NCBI GenBank assembly: GCA_013239625.1
Contig: MU054323.1
Coordinates: 14,698,029-14,762,028, forward strand
Direction of reading: 5' to 3'
DNA: 64,000 nucleotides
Origin: Lama guanicoe
Taxonomy: Eukaryota
Both the position numbers and the translations under genes were made by a program. Positions 36,515 through 49,910 of this stretch are shown here, piece after piece; position 1 is the stretch's first letter; every line of letters begins with the position of its first letter. The notes beneath the pieces were generated by a model. The model did not search any database, had not been told where the DNA came from, and saw only the letters and a list, made by a program, of their open reading frames with translations.

Positions 36515-37252
36515 GGGTTGCAAGAAGGATAGCAGAGTAGCAAGACCCTGAGCTCACCTCCTCGCCCAAGGGCACTAAGGGTACAACTATTTACGGAGCA
36601 GCTATCTGTGAGAATGACTTCAAGACTAGCAGAAAAGATTTCCCGCAACTAAAGATATAAAGAAGGAACCATAATGAGACAGGTGGTGGGGACAAAGACA
36701 TGGTATAGTGAAGACCCACACCCCTGGGTAGGCAACCCACACAAAAGAGGATAATCACAACTGCAGAGGTTTTCTTCAAGGAGTAAGGGGTCCGAGCTCT
36801 CCATCAGGCTTTATCCAGTGATATTTATCCCAGGGATGAAGATACATCAGTACTTGCAAATTAATCAATGTGATACACCATATTAATCCACTGAAGAATA
36901 AAAACCACATGATCATCTCAACAGATGCAGAAAAAGCTTTTGACAAAATTCAACATTCATTGATGCTAAAAACTGAACAATGTGGGCACAGAGACTGTAT
37001 CTCAGCAATAATAAAGGCCATATATGACAAATCCAGAGCCAGTATCATACTCAACAGTGAAAATCTGAAAGCATTTCCTCTAAGATCAGGAACAAGACAA
37101 GGATGCCTACTCTCACCATTGTTAGTCAATATATTGCTCAAATTCCTAGCCACAGCAATCAGACAAGAGAAGAAATAAAAGGAATCCAAATTGGAAAGGA
37201 AAAAAATAGAACTGTTACTGCTTGCACATGACAAGATACTATATACAGAAAT
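36515..37252 (+). mobile_element. Internally deleted L1: 5' UTR (36515-~36810) fused to ORF2 reverse-transcriptase fragment (~36815-37252)
   Basis: agagtag.aagaccctgagctcacctcctc is an L1 5' start; ORF 36870-37178 encodes [19 protein letters not shown]...[18 protein letters not shown]; decayed FADD motif (LAHDKILY). Confidence 0.9.
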
Positions 37253-37255
37253 CTT

Positions 37256-37521
37256 ATATGGCATTCTGAAGCCAGAACAGCCCTTCAGAATTGTCTCAAC
37301 TTGGGACAAAGGGTCCAGTCCTTTATACAAATTATCAACCAGTCTCACTGGATGGGGGCTGTCCTGGAAAGAGGGTGTGATTTTGGAGACGTGGCTCTCT
37401 TTAGCTAAGGGCAATTTCTTGAGAGATCTGAGAGTTGACATCTGTCAACTTTCCTTCCATGGGGGTTGAAAGGGAGAATGAGCCCTTCAATATTGAAGAA
37501 GGGTCTAAACCAGCTCCACAT
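37256..37521 (-). mobile_element. LTR16-like ERVL LTR fragment
   Basis: gcccttcagaattgtc...cctttatac...tcaaccagtc..actggatgggggctg...gctaagggcaatt. Confidence 0.7.
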
Positions 37522-37586
37522 CACTAATGATTTCAAATGTTACTTCACCAGGATGGAACAGAGATTCTAAGTCAAGTTTGCTTGTC

Positions 37587-37587
<1 letters not shown>

Positions 37588-37623
<36 letters not shown>

Positions 37624-37633
37624 GCTGTTGTTG
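37588..37633. repeat. Poly-T plus (TTA)n microsatellite
   Basis: Directly visible. Confidence 0.9.
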
Positions 37634-38549
37634 TCTTAACTCTAAAGCCTTTGGTTTCTATTACAACAAAGTTTTATTTGCTATTTCACACATAGTATTA
37701 AAAAATGTCAAAATGTTGTCCAAGGGCAGTTATACTGTATATATCTATAATCATTACTTAAGTGCAGTTTTTACTCCACTATTTTCACCTGAAGATGATA
37801 TTTTTCAATATATTCTTTTAAAAACAGTTGCCCTTGTTTTGCTCTTTGGTATATTTCGGAAGTTGAGATTGTAGAATATTATTACCATGTTTGCATTATG
37901 ACTACAGGTAGGTAATTCTGTGAATTATGTTTAAAAAACTGCTTAAGAGATTATAGTTTTTCTGTGGACATAATCAAAGCAAATCAATGATTTTCTAGTC
38001 ACTCTGTTTTTTTTTAAACTATAATTGCACATCAATGAACAACTGATTAGATTCATGTAAGATCACTTTGATTTGGTTATTGGATTGACTAAAATAACAT
38101 GGTTAACCTAGAATTCCGTAACTCCCATACCAATCTGTTACTCTGAGGGATACACAGAGTGAAGCAGTATTACTTCTGAAAGGGTAGGACCAAGCCTTCT
38201 TACCTGTGACTCAAGAAAATACAGCACTCACAACCATCGCTTAACCAGGATCAGGCCCAAGAATGAGCGGAAGAAACTAAGTTTGGTCTTTTTTAATCTC
38301 TTAACTAATAGATCAGATGAAACTACACTTGCTCTGAGATACTTCTGTTTCTCTGACTTTTCAACAGTACTTAATTTGAAGTGTTTTCCTGAATAACAGT
38401 TTACTTTTCTTCATTACCAACACACAAATCCCTGAACTGTCTCTATGATTGTTTTGAATATCATTATGTACTTGCATTTCAGTGGCCAAAGGAATTTCAA
38501 ATTACTTAAGAGAACCAAACAAAATGTTTGCAATTTACTATATTTAGAA

Positions 38550-38791
38550 CATAAGCTTGTAAATTGTTTCTGTAAAGAGCCATATAGTAAATATTTTCAG
38601 CTTTGTGGGCTGTTTAGTCTCAGGTGCATGGACCTACTTCTGCCGTAGTAGCAAGAAACCAGTCATAAATAATGCCTAAATGAATGGGTGTGGCTGTGTT
38701 CCAATAAAACTTTATTAACAAAAATAAGATTCAAGTCAGATTTGACCCATGGACTACAGTTCACCCATAGGCCAGGGTGTGCCAACCCTTG
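38550..38791. mobile_element. MER58-type hAT-Charlie DNA transposon
   Basis: ttctgtaaagagccatatagtaaatattttcagctttgtgggc...gtgtggctgtgttccaataaaactttatt...gccaacccttg. Confidence 0.85.
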
Positions 38792-40983
38792 ATTTATACA
38801 ATGCCAATGAACAGAGCCAGGTGAAAAGTGAGTCATTCCACCAATTAAATTTTGATGCTTGAAATTACTCAACACATGGACTGAATATCCATAGTTTAAA
38901 TCTCACAGACATTATAAGCAGAGCCATCCAATCAACCACAGTAGGAGAAAAATGTAGGCAAATCAAATCTTTTGACCTTCTACGTGTCCCTACAAAATTC
39001 AGCACTAAATTCCACTATAACAAAAATTAAGCTCTAGACACTGTTCGAGACACAAGGGCCTAAAGATAAAGGTACACATTTCTTTGTAGGATTTTAATGC
39101 CACATCATTATATATTTATTTTTGAGCATGTCTAAAATCAAGTTAAGAACCCAATTTTCATCATTCTAGCTTCTTCCCCAGGTAAGTAATTTTTTTTTTC
39201 CTTTGGGGGTCATATTTTTGGAAACATAAATTTGTTAAATGTAGCTGTGTTAATTTTTTACTGTGAAAATCATTTCCTTTAATAACTGATCAGCTTTGGA
39301 TAGGTTTTTTCTCTACATAATTGGCTGATCTATCAGATCTGAGAATTCAAGAATATTGTTACCTCTTTCTAAAGAAGTCACATGCTGATCTATCATTTCT
39401 CTTGTTGAAAAATGTGGGGATTGCTTTTAAGATGTAACGGTTCTCAGATTTATTCATTATTATATTTAATTTCATATTTTTGGCACATCAAATTCCAAAC
39501 TAATGTTTTATGCTGCTTCACACACAACTTGCAGTTCAATTGATGCCGTCAGTATATCATTTCTCTCATCTGCTAAGTGTATCTCAGAATGTTATATGAC
39601 TTTTCTCCAGATCTCTGAAATCATCACTGTAGTTTATGTGAAGCATGAAATTTATCCATTTTTGACGAGTTCACCTCTGGAATGTAAAATTGGCTGCTAG
39701 ACAGCAAAGTCTGAGACAAAATTTTATCTGACAGTTAACCGTGCAATGTATCCCATCCTTATGCTTTACAGATTTTTTTGTTTGTTTCTGCTTCTAAGCA
39801 TAATAGGTCATATATATATATATACACACACATATATAAATCATTACTACCTCTCTACTGTTGCATTCAGTCTACATCATGACTAGGGAACGCCAATTAT
39901 GACACAAAATAATTAAAAGAATGATTGATCAATGTCTCACCCTCAACCCTGTACCTGTGCATTATACCTAGATCTCTTGGGATTTTACTTAATAGAAATT
40001 CCAGAATTTACATGTAATTCTTTTTTCTTACAGGACCTCAAAGAATTTTTTCATATTCAGTGATGTAAAACTCCATGTATGTTTGGTAGGGGCTGGAAGA
40101 GCAACATTATACACTCCCTTCTGAGAATAAACTATTTAGACAACATCAATTGATTAATCCAGGAACATTTTTTGAAACAAGTGGATTTTCAAAATTGGAC
40201 ATCACTGTTTTCCCTGAGACTGGAAATGTAACATGACACAGAAGATAGCTACAGAAAATAATTCAAGTTTGCATATTTGTTTAGGAGAGTTCTGGGGACA
40301 CTCAATGAAGCACACTGAGAGTCTGGGCTAGTAGGTTTGTCACTGCCCTCAGTGAGGTAAATCCATGGCGGCTCTTAAAATGAGCTGTCCTTGTCATCAT
40401 TAAAGGCCAGACCCTGAGGAGAACCTATCCACTGGCTCTAGAATTTTGGGTGCTTTTTTTGCTGAAAGAGATGCAAGTGACACAAAAACAGTGTTTCTGG
40501 AATGAAAGTTCAACATTTTCCACATAGTGAAGTTATTTTGTATGTGTGTATGTGTCTGTGTTGTGCAGAATAAAGGGATGAGCTACAGTGAATTTTTTCA
40601 TTTATTTGGTATTATCTGTTCAGAAAAGCTTCTCCCTCTTTTTGTGAACTATTCAGGTAGCATTATTAGTATCTGGCAGTCACCGATGCTTCTTTCTTGT
40701 TCAAAAGAACAGTTATGTAACTCGTGTTGAACAAATCATGCTCTCTCTCCTCATGGTAATGATGATTTTTCCAAAGACTGGGAACCAAAATTGGTGGGGA
40801 AAAAAAATTGAGGGGAGGGGGATTAAAAACTCAAGCTGAATGTCCATTTTTCTTATTACATCTTTTGTCAGATGCCATACAAATATACTGACCTGCAGAA
40901 TAAAGCTAACTAGAGAAACAAATAGGGATAAGAAAAAAGACAAAACTAGAGGGAAAGACAGATTTTTTTCTTAAAATCTATCA

Positions 40984-41452
40984 GTATTACTTTCCTACAG
41001 CTGCCACAAACGGGGTGGCATAAACCAAGAGAAACTTTTTCTCTTACAGTCTAGGACCCAAAAGTTCAAAAGCAAGGTGTCATCAGGCCCACTCTCTGGA
41101 CACTCTGTAGGAAAACCCATTCCTTGCCTCTTCTAGCTTCTGATGGCTGCTGGTATTCCTTGACCACTGAACACCTCATTCTTATCCCTGAAGCTGTGGT
41201 CACATTACCTCCTTCTCTTCCCTTGGGCTCCCTTGGGTGTTCCTCAGTCTAATCTCTCTATCTTTTATAAGACTACATGTGATTGCACTTAGAGCTCACG
41301 TAGGAAATCCAGGATAAACTCCTCCTCTCAAGATATTAAACTTAATCACACCTTAAAATACCCTTTCCCCCCCCCAATACAGTAACTTATATGAGTTTCT
41401 GAGGATTCAGGACATGGACATATTTATTTAGGGAGCTCCATCCAGCCCAGTG
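40984..41452 (-). mobile_element. MLT1C-like MaLR solo LTR
   Basis: ttccttgcctcttctagcttctgatggctgctgg...aatccaggata..ctcctcctctcaagat...cttaatcaca...ggacatggacatat. Confidence 0.85.
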
Positions 41453-42494
41453 CACTATTTTTCCAAGGCTGGTTACGCAACCAGAACTTTCTCTGTCTTA
41501 CCCCCTTAAACATTTTTATTACTTATCAAATTAGTTAAAATTGTATTTCTGATACTAACATCATATTAGTTTTTCATGTTTCAAAAGTAAAATAGTGAAA
41601 TAATAATTGTATCTAGTTTTCTATCCTGTTTTGCTGGCTCTGTGTAATTAGTAAAACTTACCGATGGTCAATTTGTCAGTTCAAAATCAAGGGTCTTAAA
41701 TATATGCATTCTATCTGACAAATTATTTTCACTTACTGAATTATTCTTACAAATCTGCTTAAAGATGTACACAAATATTTAGTAGTATTTATAATGTAAA
41801 ATAAGTTAGTATTTCATTAGTAGAAAATTAGACTTCATCACTAGTAGTTTAGAAGACTGGGTATATTAAATGTCTCTCCTAATTAAAACAACTAAAAATG
41901 TTGGATGTATTTTTAACTCTATTTTAAAATACATCCCTAAACTAGCAAGGAAAGAAACAATTCTCAGAGGTCAAATTCTAAGTGAAAGTTAGAATCCATA
42001 GGTATAAGTAAAGGAGTGAAGCTGCATTTGCCCTGTGGACATTTTTCAATTCCAAGAAACTTTAACTTTGATTTTCATGGCTTTGCAGCCCATGAGACAT
42101 AAGATATAGAGGTGTCTAGTAGAAAATGATCTTCATAGAACTGGGATCACAATGGTCTAATCTCTCAGTTTTATGGGTGAAGCAAAAATTCCATCAACCT
42201 CCATACCCATATACAATATACCCTCAGAAGAGGAAAAAGGGAAACAAGACAAAGCTCAAGAAAAACCCTGAGTTTTGATCCTCGATAGAAAGACAAAGAA
42301 TTATTTCTCATAGTTTCCCCTCCCAGATTCGTACTATGCAGGTGGCCTGAAAAAGGTCAGGCCAAGCATTTGGACTGAAGAAGCCCAAAGTCTTATGTTC
42401 TTGGGTACTTGATAGAAAAACAGTGCAAATCTTTATAGAGTAACTTACCCTCAAAAGAAGTCCCAAAGTTTCACCTCCTTTAAAACTCCAAATA

Positions 42495-43792
42495 CAGACA
42501 TATAGACCAATNNNNNNNNNNNNNNNNNNNNNNNNNNNNNNNNNNNNNNNNNNNNNNNNNNNNNNNNNNNNNNNNNNNNNNNNNNNNNNNNNNNNNNNNN
42601 NNNNNNNNNNNNNNNNNNNNNNNNNNNNNNNNNNNNNNNNNNNNNNNNNNNNNNNNNNNNNNNNNNNNNNNNNNNNNNNNNNNNNNNNNNNNNNNNNNNN
42701 NNNNNNNNNNNNNNNNNNNNNNNNNNNNNNNNNNNNNNNNNNNNNNNNNNNNNNNNNNNNNNNNNNNNNNNNNNNNNNNNNNNNNNNNNNNNNNNNNNNN
42801 NNNNNNNNNNNNNNNNNNNNNNNNNNNNNNNNNNNNNNNNNNNNNNNNNNNNNNNNNNNNNNNNNNNNNNNNNNNNNNNNNNNNNNNNNNNNNNNNNNNN
42901 NNNNNNNNNNNNNNNNNNNNNNNNNNNNNNNNNNNNNNNNNNNNNNNNNNNNNNNNNNNNNNNNNNNNNNNNNNNNNNNNNNNNNNNNNNNNNNNNNNNN
43001 NNNNNNNNNNNNNNNNNNNNNNNNNNNNNNNNNNNNNNNNNNNNNNNNNNNNNNNNNNNNNNNNNNNNNNNNNNNNNNNNNNNNNNNNNNNNNNNNNNNN
43101 NCCTCAAAAGACTAGGAATAGACTTACCATATGACCCAGGAATCCCACTCCTGGGCTTGTACCCAGAAGGAAATCTACTTCAGGATGACACCTGCACCCC
43201 AATGTTCATAGCAGCACTATTTACAATAGCCAAAACATGGAAACAGCCTAAATGTCCATCAACAGGTGACTGGATAAAGAAGAAGTGGTATATTTATACA
43301 ATGGAATACTACTCAGCCATAAAAACGGACAACATAATGCCATTTGCAGCAACATGGATGCTCCTGGAGAATGTCATTCTAAGTGAAGTAAGCCAGGAAG
43401 AGAAAGAAAAATACCATATGAGATCACTCATATGTGGAATCTAAAAAACAAAAACAAAAACAAACAAACAAACAAAAACAAAGCGTAAATACAGGACAGA
43501 AATAGATTCCCAGAGAATACAGACTTGTGGTTGCCAGGGAGGTGGAGGGTGGGAAGGGATAGACTGGGATTTCAAAACTGTAGAATAGATAGACAAGATT
43601 ACACTGTATAGCACAGGGAAATATACACAAAATGTTATGATAACTCACAGAGAAAAAAATGTGACAATGAGTGTGTATATGTCCATGAATGACTGAAAAA
43701 TTGTGCTGGTCTGAACACTGGAATTTGACACAACATTGTAAAATGATTATAAATCAATAAAAATGTTTAAAAAATAAAATAAAATAAAAAAT
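42495..43792 (+). mobile_element. Young 5'-truncated LINE-1 spanning the assembly gap
   Basis: TSD aaaactccaaata at 42482-42494 and 43793-43805 in TT/AAAA context; uninterrupted ORF2 C-terminus LGIDLPYDPGIPLLGLYP...MFIAALFTIAKTWKQPKCPS...YTMEYYSAIK...ICGI* (stop 43444); 3' UTR, AATAAA and A-rich tail. Confidence 0.95.
42512..43101. other. Assembly gap (590 N)
   Basis: Run of N. Confidence 1.
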
Positions 43793-46310
43793 AAAACTCC
43801 AAATAATGTGAGTTTAATGATTGATTAGAAAATGAGTTAAGAAACAAAGCACAAATGGGTTTAAGTAGGAAAAACTAACAAACAAATATGAATTCCCTCA
43901 GGCACAGAGTATAAGCATATTTATTCAACGTAGAAATAAATAATGAGAAATTTTATGTATATACCCAAATAGAATAATAAATCTTTTAGAAATTAAAATG
44001 GCTGAAACTGAAAACTCAGTAAATAGGTAAATAAAGGATTGAATCTAGGAATTTCAATTAACTTCCTCAGGTCAATTTATTGATCTATGCAATTAAAATA
44101 CTTATGATTGATAACTCACAGGTGTATAAATCTGATAAATGTATGTGAAAGCATTACAGAAGAAAAGCACTATTTCAATTCAATTCCATATCTATATGTT
44201 AGCCTATTACCTGTAAGCTTCCCATTACCTCTCAATTTGGGTAGACCAATATTTTACTCTGTTGGTCCTCAGAAAGATACAAGACAGCCAAATAACAGAA
44301 CAAATTCAAAGGTCCTGGGCATCAGACAATAGACTTGAAAAAGTATATGATTAATCTTAGCTACTCAGAATAATTAGCTACTTAGAATAATTCTGAGAAA
44401 AGTACTAAGAACCCAAATACAGAGCAGGGAAAGGGATAGGGAGATCACAGTGGATCTTTCCAGGCAGAAAGGGACTGGGGGCAACTGCAAAGTATTCCTT
44501 CCTGATCCGGTAATGTGCAGTGAGCGGATGACATGGATTCCAAGGGGAATGAACTGCAATTGTGAAGAAGGCTTTAAATGGGGACAAGGGCCCATAAATA
44601 AAGATAAGACTGGAACGCAGATGTCAACACAGATTCCAGCATGAACACATGATGACAGAGAAGACCAGACAGATCTCAATTCCACCAAATTACTTGGTGC
44701 TTTGAAAACTCCAATGTACCTTATATTCACCTTGAGCAAAGAGCAGAAATGATCTTAAGTTGACTCAGATTTTATTTTTTCCGGGAACAACAAAAGACGG
44801 ACGAGACTATTAGGTTTATTTATCATTATTAAGTTTTATATTACTAGTATACCTGAATTTATGGCTCAAGAGTCATATTTACCATATATTCAGTATTCAT
44901 TAAGTATTTACTACATTCACAACAGTGAGTGTTCAGACACTATACAAGGATCTAGTGATTTAATGACAAGCAACTCAGAGAGTGTACCTTCAAGGATTTT
45001 ATAGTCTAATAGGAAAGCAAACATTATCCACTCAAGGAATTTTATTTAATATTGGAAAAATGTACATATCAATTCATTACACCTTTACAAGTCTAGTATC
45101 TTACTCATCTATTCAGCTCACATTTGACATATTTTTCATGCATCTCATGCATCGCATAAGAATCTTTGCCATTAAAAATTATTTATATATTGAAAAGCTT
45201 TCAGTAAACTACAAAGGAAAACAAAAATGTCCAGTGATTGCTTCAGCTTCAGCAGTTTTTCAGAGGTCAGCTACCTATATTAAATGCTTAAATATTTATA
45301 TTAAATAATAAATATTTAAAGGCTACAATCAAGTTGAAAGTTTTGCATGAAATAGAACCTAGAATGAGACTTCACACAGATACACAGAGCAGTGTTTCTA
45401 GCTAAATGGAGTTTTACTGAATTCTTCAATATATGTTCTTAGTCATATCTGCATATATGAATAAAAAAATTGGACAAGCCAAAAACTCATGTAGGTAGGT
45501 GAATAACCAAACAATTTGTATGTCATTAAGCATTGCTATCATGGAAACTACAATTATCAAATATTAAGATTAAGTATTTTTCAAAAATATTCTGATACTG
45601 TTCATGTAACAGTGAACAGCCAACATATAAAATTTAAGAAAGTTAAGTTTAACATTTGATGAGGGTGAAATATGAGGACCAGAGAAATTTTTACATGGTT
45701 AGTATACTTGGTCTTGCTTAGAAATAGTTTATCTTCTTCCCTTATTTAAGTTATTAATGCATTTATTGTTTTTTCCAACATATATTTCAATATTCTAGTT
45801 ATTTGTCCTTGTTTTTTTTCCCTTTAGATAGAAAAAACATAAAAGTCTTAATCATGTATCTTTTTATACATCATGTACTCCCTACAACAACAAGTTAACT
45901 TATTGATGCTGTACTCCTCCTCCTCATTCCTTTATTTTCAATGTATTATAGTTAAATCATCATTTTTCTTCATATGCTTTCCAACATTTGTAAGTTTAAA
46001 TAACACTGCTAAATCTTTATTTCTCAGTTAATTATCTTTCTAATCTTTTGTCTCCACTCTATAAGATAAGGCTAATAGAGTGGCTCCTACTCTAATTTTT
46101 CTAAATCTTCTCATTTTCTAATCCTTCCATCTAAGTATTACCAAAATTGTCAATATTATTAGTAAATTATTCTTGTCATGTAAGTATAAATCTAACAGTT
46201 AGATTGGTTCTGGTCACATATAGTAGGGGAGAAAACCCCATTATATTGGATTAAATAAAACAGAAGTGGATTTATTTTTCTTTATCAAAGAACCCTGGAA
46301 GGAGAGACTA

Positions 46311-46915
46311 CAGTTGTCCCTCAGTATCAGTGGGGTTTGGTTTCAGGACCCTTGTGGATACCAAAATCTGCAGATGCTCAAGTCCCTTATATAAAATGAT
46401 GTAGTGTATCACATATAACCCACACACAGCCTCCCACGTACAACTGGCCCTCCTTAGCCATGGGTTCTTCATCTGTGGATTCAACCAACCGCAGATGGAA
46501 AATATTTGTTTTTAATTCCAGGAATTTCCAAAAAGCAACACTCAAATTTTCTGTGTGCCAGCAACTGTTTACATAGTATTTACTTTGTATGAGATATTAC
46601 AAGTAACCTAGGGATGATTTAAAGATTGGGGGGGGATGTGCATAGTTATAGAAGGGGTTTGAACATGCAAGAATTTTGGTATCTGAGGGCAGTCCCAAAA
46701 CCAACTCTTGTGGACAGAGGGTCAACTGTACTTTAAATCATCTCTAGATTACTTATAATACCAAATAGAATGTTAATGCTATGTAAATAGTCACCAGCAT
46801 GCTGCAAATTAAAGTTTTGCTTTTCGGAACTTTCTGAAATTTTTTCTTGAACATTGTCAATGTACAGTTGGTTGAATCTGTGCATGCAGAATCTGCATAT
46901 AGGGAGGGCTGGCTG
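46311..46915 (+). mobile_element. MER2B-like Tigger (TcMar) element, outer copy (46311-46440, 46731-46915)
   Basis: TA|cagttgtccctcagtatc...gatgctcaagtcccttatataaaatg...ctttaaatcatctctagattacttataatacc...gagggctggctg|TA. Confidence 0.9.
46441..46728 (-). mobile_element. MER2B-like element, inner antisense copy
   Basis: TA|caactggccctcc...gtggattcaaccaac...gagggtcaactg|TA; reverse-complement homology to the outer copy. Confidence 0.9.
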
Positions 46916-47253
46916 TACTATATTCAATGCCAGATCGTTTCTCCCCATGGTCCCAGGCTCTTCTATTATCCTACTCTACCGTGTGGTGCACAGATGCCAT
47001 CTTCAAAATCAAACATGGCCTTAGGGAACTAATGTAGTTCTAGCTATCAGGGAAGAATTTCAAGCAAAAATTAAAAAAAAAAAAAAGCCAAAAGGAGAAA
47101 GAGATGTGACCCTCTTATTTTTGAAGAGACTTCCTGAAGTTTCATCACATCATCTTTGCTTTCATCTTACTTCTTGGTCACATGGCCACAGTCAGGCAAC
47201 TGCAGTCTGTGGTAGGCAGCCTATTTATCTAGCAAATTAGGTTCTATTAGTAA

Positions 47254-47470
47254 TTTATTTATTTAATTTAACTTAATTTTCTCATTTATTGAACTATAGT
47301 TAATGTACAGTATTATATTCATCTCAGGTGTATAACAGAATGATTCAATATTTTTATAGATTACACATCATACCAAGCTGTTATAAAATCTATCTTCTCT
47401 ATGCTATACATTACATCCCAGTGACATATTTATTTTAAAACTGGCAGTTTGTACCCTTTCACCTATTTCA
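47254..47470 (-). mobile_element. Short 5'-truncated L1 3' end
   Basis: T-rich tail then ttattgaactatagttaatgtaca..ttcatctcaggtgtat...gctatacattacatcc; TSD-like ttctattagtaa / ttcattagtaa. Confidence 0.8.
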
Positions 47471-49399
47471 TAAGTAATTCATTAGTAAGTAACAGTAGAG
47501 AATAAATTTGGGAGGCAAGTAACATTCCTTGATCCAACAATCATCATCAGTACCTGGTTCATTAAAAAAATTTTAAAATTGGAAATCAGTAAATAACATT
47601 TTTATTATAAACTTGAAGAAATACTGTCCCATGTCATGTTAGTTTCCTAGCAATATATTTTCTTCCCTCTGAGTTCGATGTCATGACTCAGTCCACTCAA
47701 AAAAGAATATTCCTAATGTCACACCAAATAGATGCTCTTATATCTAAACAACTGTCTAAAATCATATCATGTTTCAGTTTGCTTTGTATAATTTTCTTCC
47801 TAGACATATATTTCCTGAAATTTGGAATTATCTCCTTTGTTTTCTATTTTTGTGCCGTTACATGTCTGGGAGTAGTTTGTATTCCAAGTTTCAATTATAT
47901 TAAATCTATTGATCAATGTTGAAAATTTTTGTCTTAGTTTTTTATCATTTTATTTTCTAAGACCCTCACTCTTGCTAGAACAATCTACAGTTGTCACCTA
48001 GGTTTATAATATAGATTTCATCCTAAGACTTTTGATCTTTGGTCTTTTGAGTTGAATTCTCTGTTTCACAAGATCTGTCTTCTTTCTTGATTTTATATAT
48101 TTTGTAATTTTGAAGAAGTACTTCTTCAACTAACTTCCTTTTATAATTAATATATAAAGTTTTTCTGAGTTGTAGCATTGGTTCAAAATGTGTGTAGTAT
48201 CCTGACAAATAATACAACATCATATATTGTGGGTAAGCTGACATTGAACAGAATTTGGCATCGAAATTTGTTTAGTATAGATTATTCAAGATATATTTCC
48301 TCTGTCTTCTAACATCCAATGTTTCTCAGAAGTTTATTGCCCATTTGATGTTGTTAATATGTTAGAAACCAGACTGCTTAAACAAACAAAACAAAAACAA
48401 AAACAAAGCACACATTGTCTTTTGGTATTCAACTAAGGAAAATCACTTCCATTTTTTTTTAAATCTATCTAATTTCCTTGCTTTTATTCTCTTAGTTGTT
48501 TCTTTGCAAAGTTCCTAGCCCTGGTGTGTTGAACCTCCTGAACTGGTATTTTATAGGTCTTATCTTTTCTTGTATAATCATTGTCTCCCTGACATCTTCA
48601 TTAAAGTTCTGGGAAATAGTCTTAACTTTATTTTGCAGGCTTCCATTAATGTTTTCCAAAAAACTGTGTATTAACTATCAATTAATTTTTCTCTATTCAT
48701 TTTTCTTTTTAATGCCAAAATATACTTGCAAATCTAAGTATGCTACTTGTAGAATTCTTTCACGTGCTCTTCTGTTTACCTAATCTATACATACTTGCTG
48801 TGCTACAAGACTGCCAAGTCTATATCCTCTCTATAGATTCAATGCAGTTAGAATTAATAACTCAGTTGCACTTTTGTAGAAATTGGCAAGATGTTTCGAA
48901 AATCTGTATGGAAATTCAAAAAGGAAAGAATAGGGACAATAATGTGGGAAAATAACGGAAATGAAGGATTTACATAAACAGATAATAAAAATTATCATAA
49001 GGATAAAACTTCCATTATTTGCTGCAAACATGATTATAAATGTAAAAATAATAAATAAATAAACAATATCAAATACATGTACCTAGCAAGCTTGCTGGAT
49101 ACAAGTTATTATTAAAATGTGTACCTAAAGACAAGTCTAAGAGTAATAAAACAGCATTATTTGTAACACAAAGATGAGAAACAACCTGATGTTTTGTCAA
49201 GAATAATACTGAGAAATAAATTGTAGTATGTTCATACAATACGATGCTATATACATCCTGCCCATGTGGCTTTAACAGACTAGAGAATGCCCTGGTCAGT
49301 TCAATACAAATGGCCAGCTGGTTTGATTCCTTTTTAATGTATATTCCTAAAGCCGTATATTAAAGTCTAGAATAAACAGGAAATGTATTCTTTTTTTTC

Positions 49400-49910
49400 T
49401 CACTCCTTCAATAAACATTTGTTGAAGACTCAATTCCAGGCACAATGGTGGCTGAAAAATCCATGTCAAATGTATAGTCTATTGAAAGAGGAATATTAAT
49501 CAAAAACCAGATAAATAAATGTTAAATTAGGATAGGAATGAACATGACCAATGGGAAGCACACAGACGTAAGAGAATTCTTGATAGGGAAATAATACAGT
49601 TAGAGTTGAGAGAAGTGTTTACTGACAAGGTCCTTATGGAGCTGAGAACTCAGAAGAATGAAAACCACTAAGGGAAATAGAGTGGAAGAATTGTTACAAA
49701 GAGTGTCCCCTGGCACATTTAAGAAACTCAAAGTCTAACATGACCAAAGCAGAGACAGAAATGAGCTACATTATTTTGACATGAGGATCTGAAAATTGAT
49801 GGAATCCTAAATATTTAAGGTCTTAGCAACCATGTGAGAGATTTTTCCACCCTAAGAATGATAAACATCCATTGAAAAAGAATAGGCATAAAATTGCATA
49901 TTGCAAATGA
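49400..49910 (-). mobile_element. L2 fragment
   Basis: cactccttcaataaacatttgttgaag..ccaggcac; gagctgagaac; ccattgaaa. Confidence 0.55.

Larger units (their letters stand above)
46195..47525 (-). mobile_element. Old MLT1 (J/K/L-like) MaLR LTR interrupted by MER2B copies and an L1 tail
   Basis: ggattaaataaaacagaagt..tttatttttct...cccaggctcttct...ttggtcacatggccaca...ggttctattagtaa...gagaataaatttgggaggcaa. Confidence 0.6.

Noticed and set aside
36950..37469. 163-aa minus and 92-aa plus ORFs
   Set aside because: Antisense or chimeric reading of L1 RT and LTR16 remnants
42451..43107. Longest ORF in the track (218 aa)
   Set aside because: Artefact of the N gap
44374..44739. GC-richer patch with three overlapping short ORFs
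   Set aside because: No recognisable domain or convincing splice structure; cannot be supported as coding
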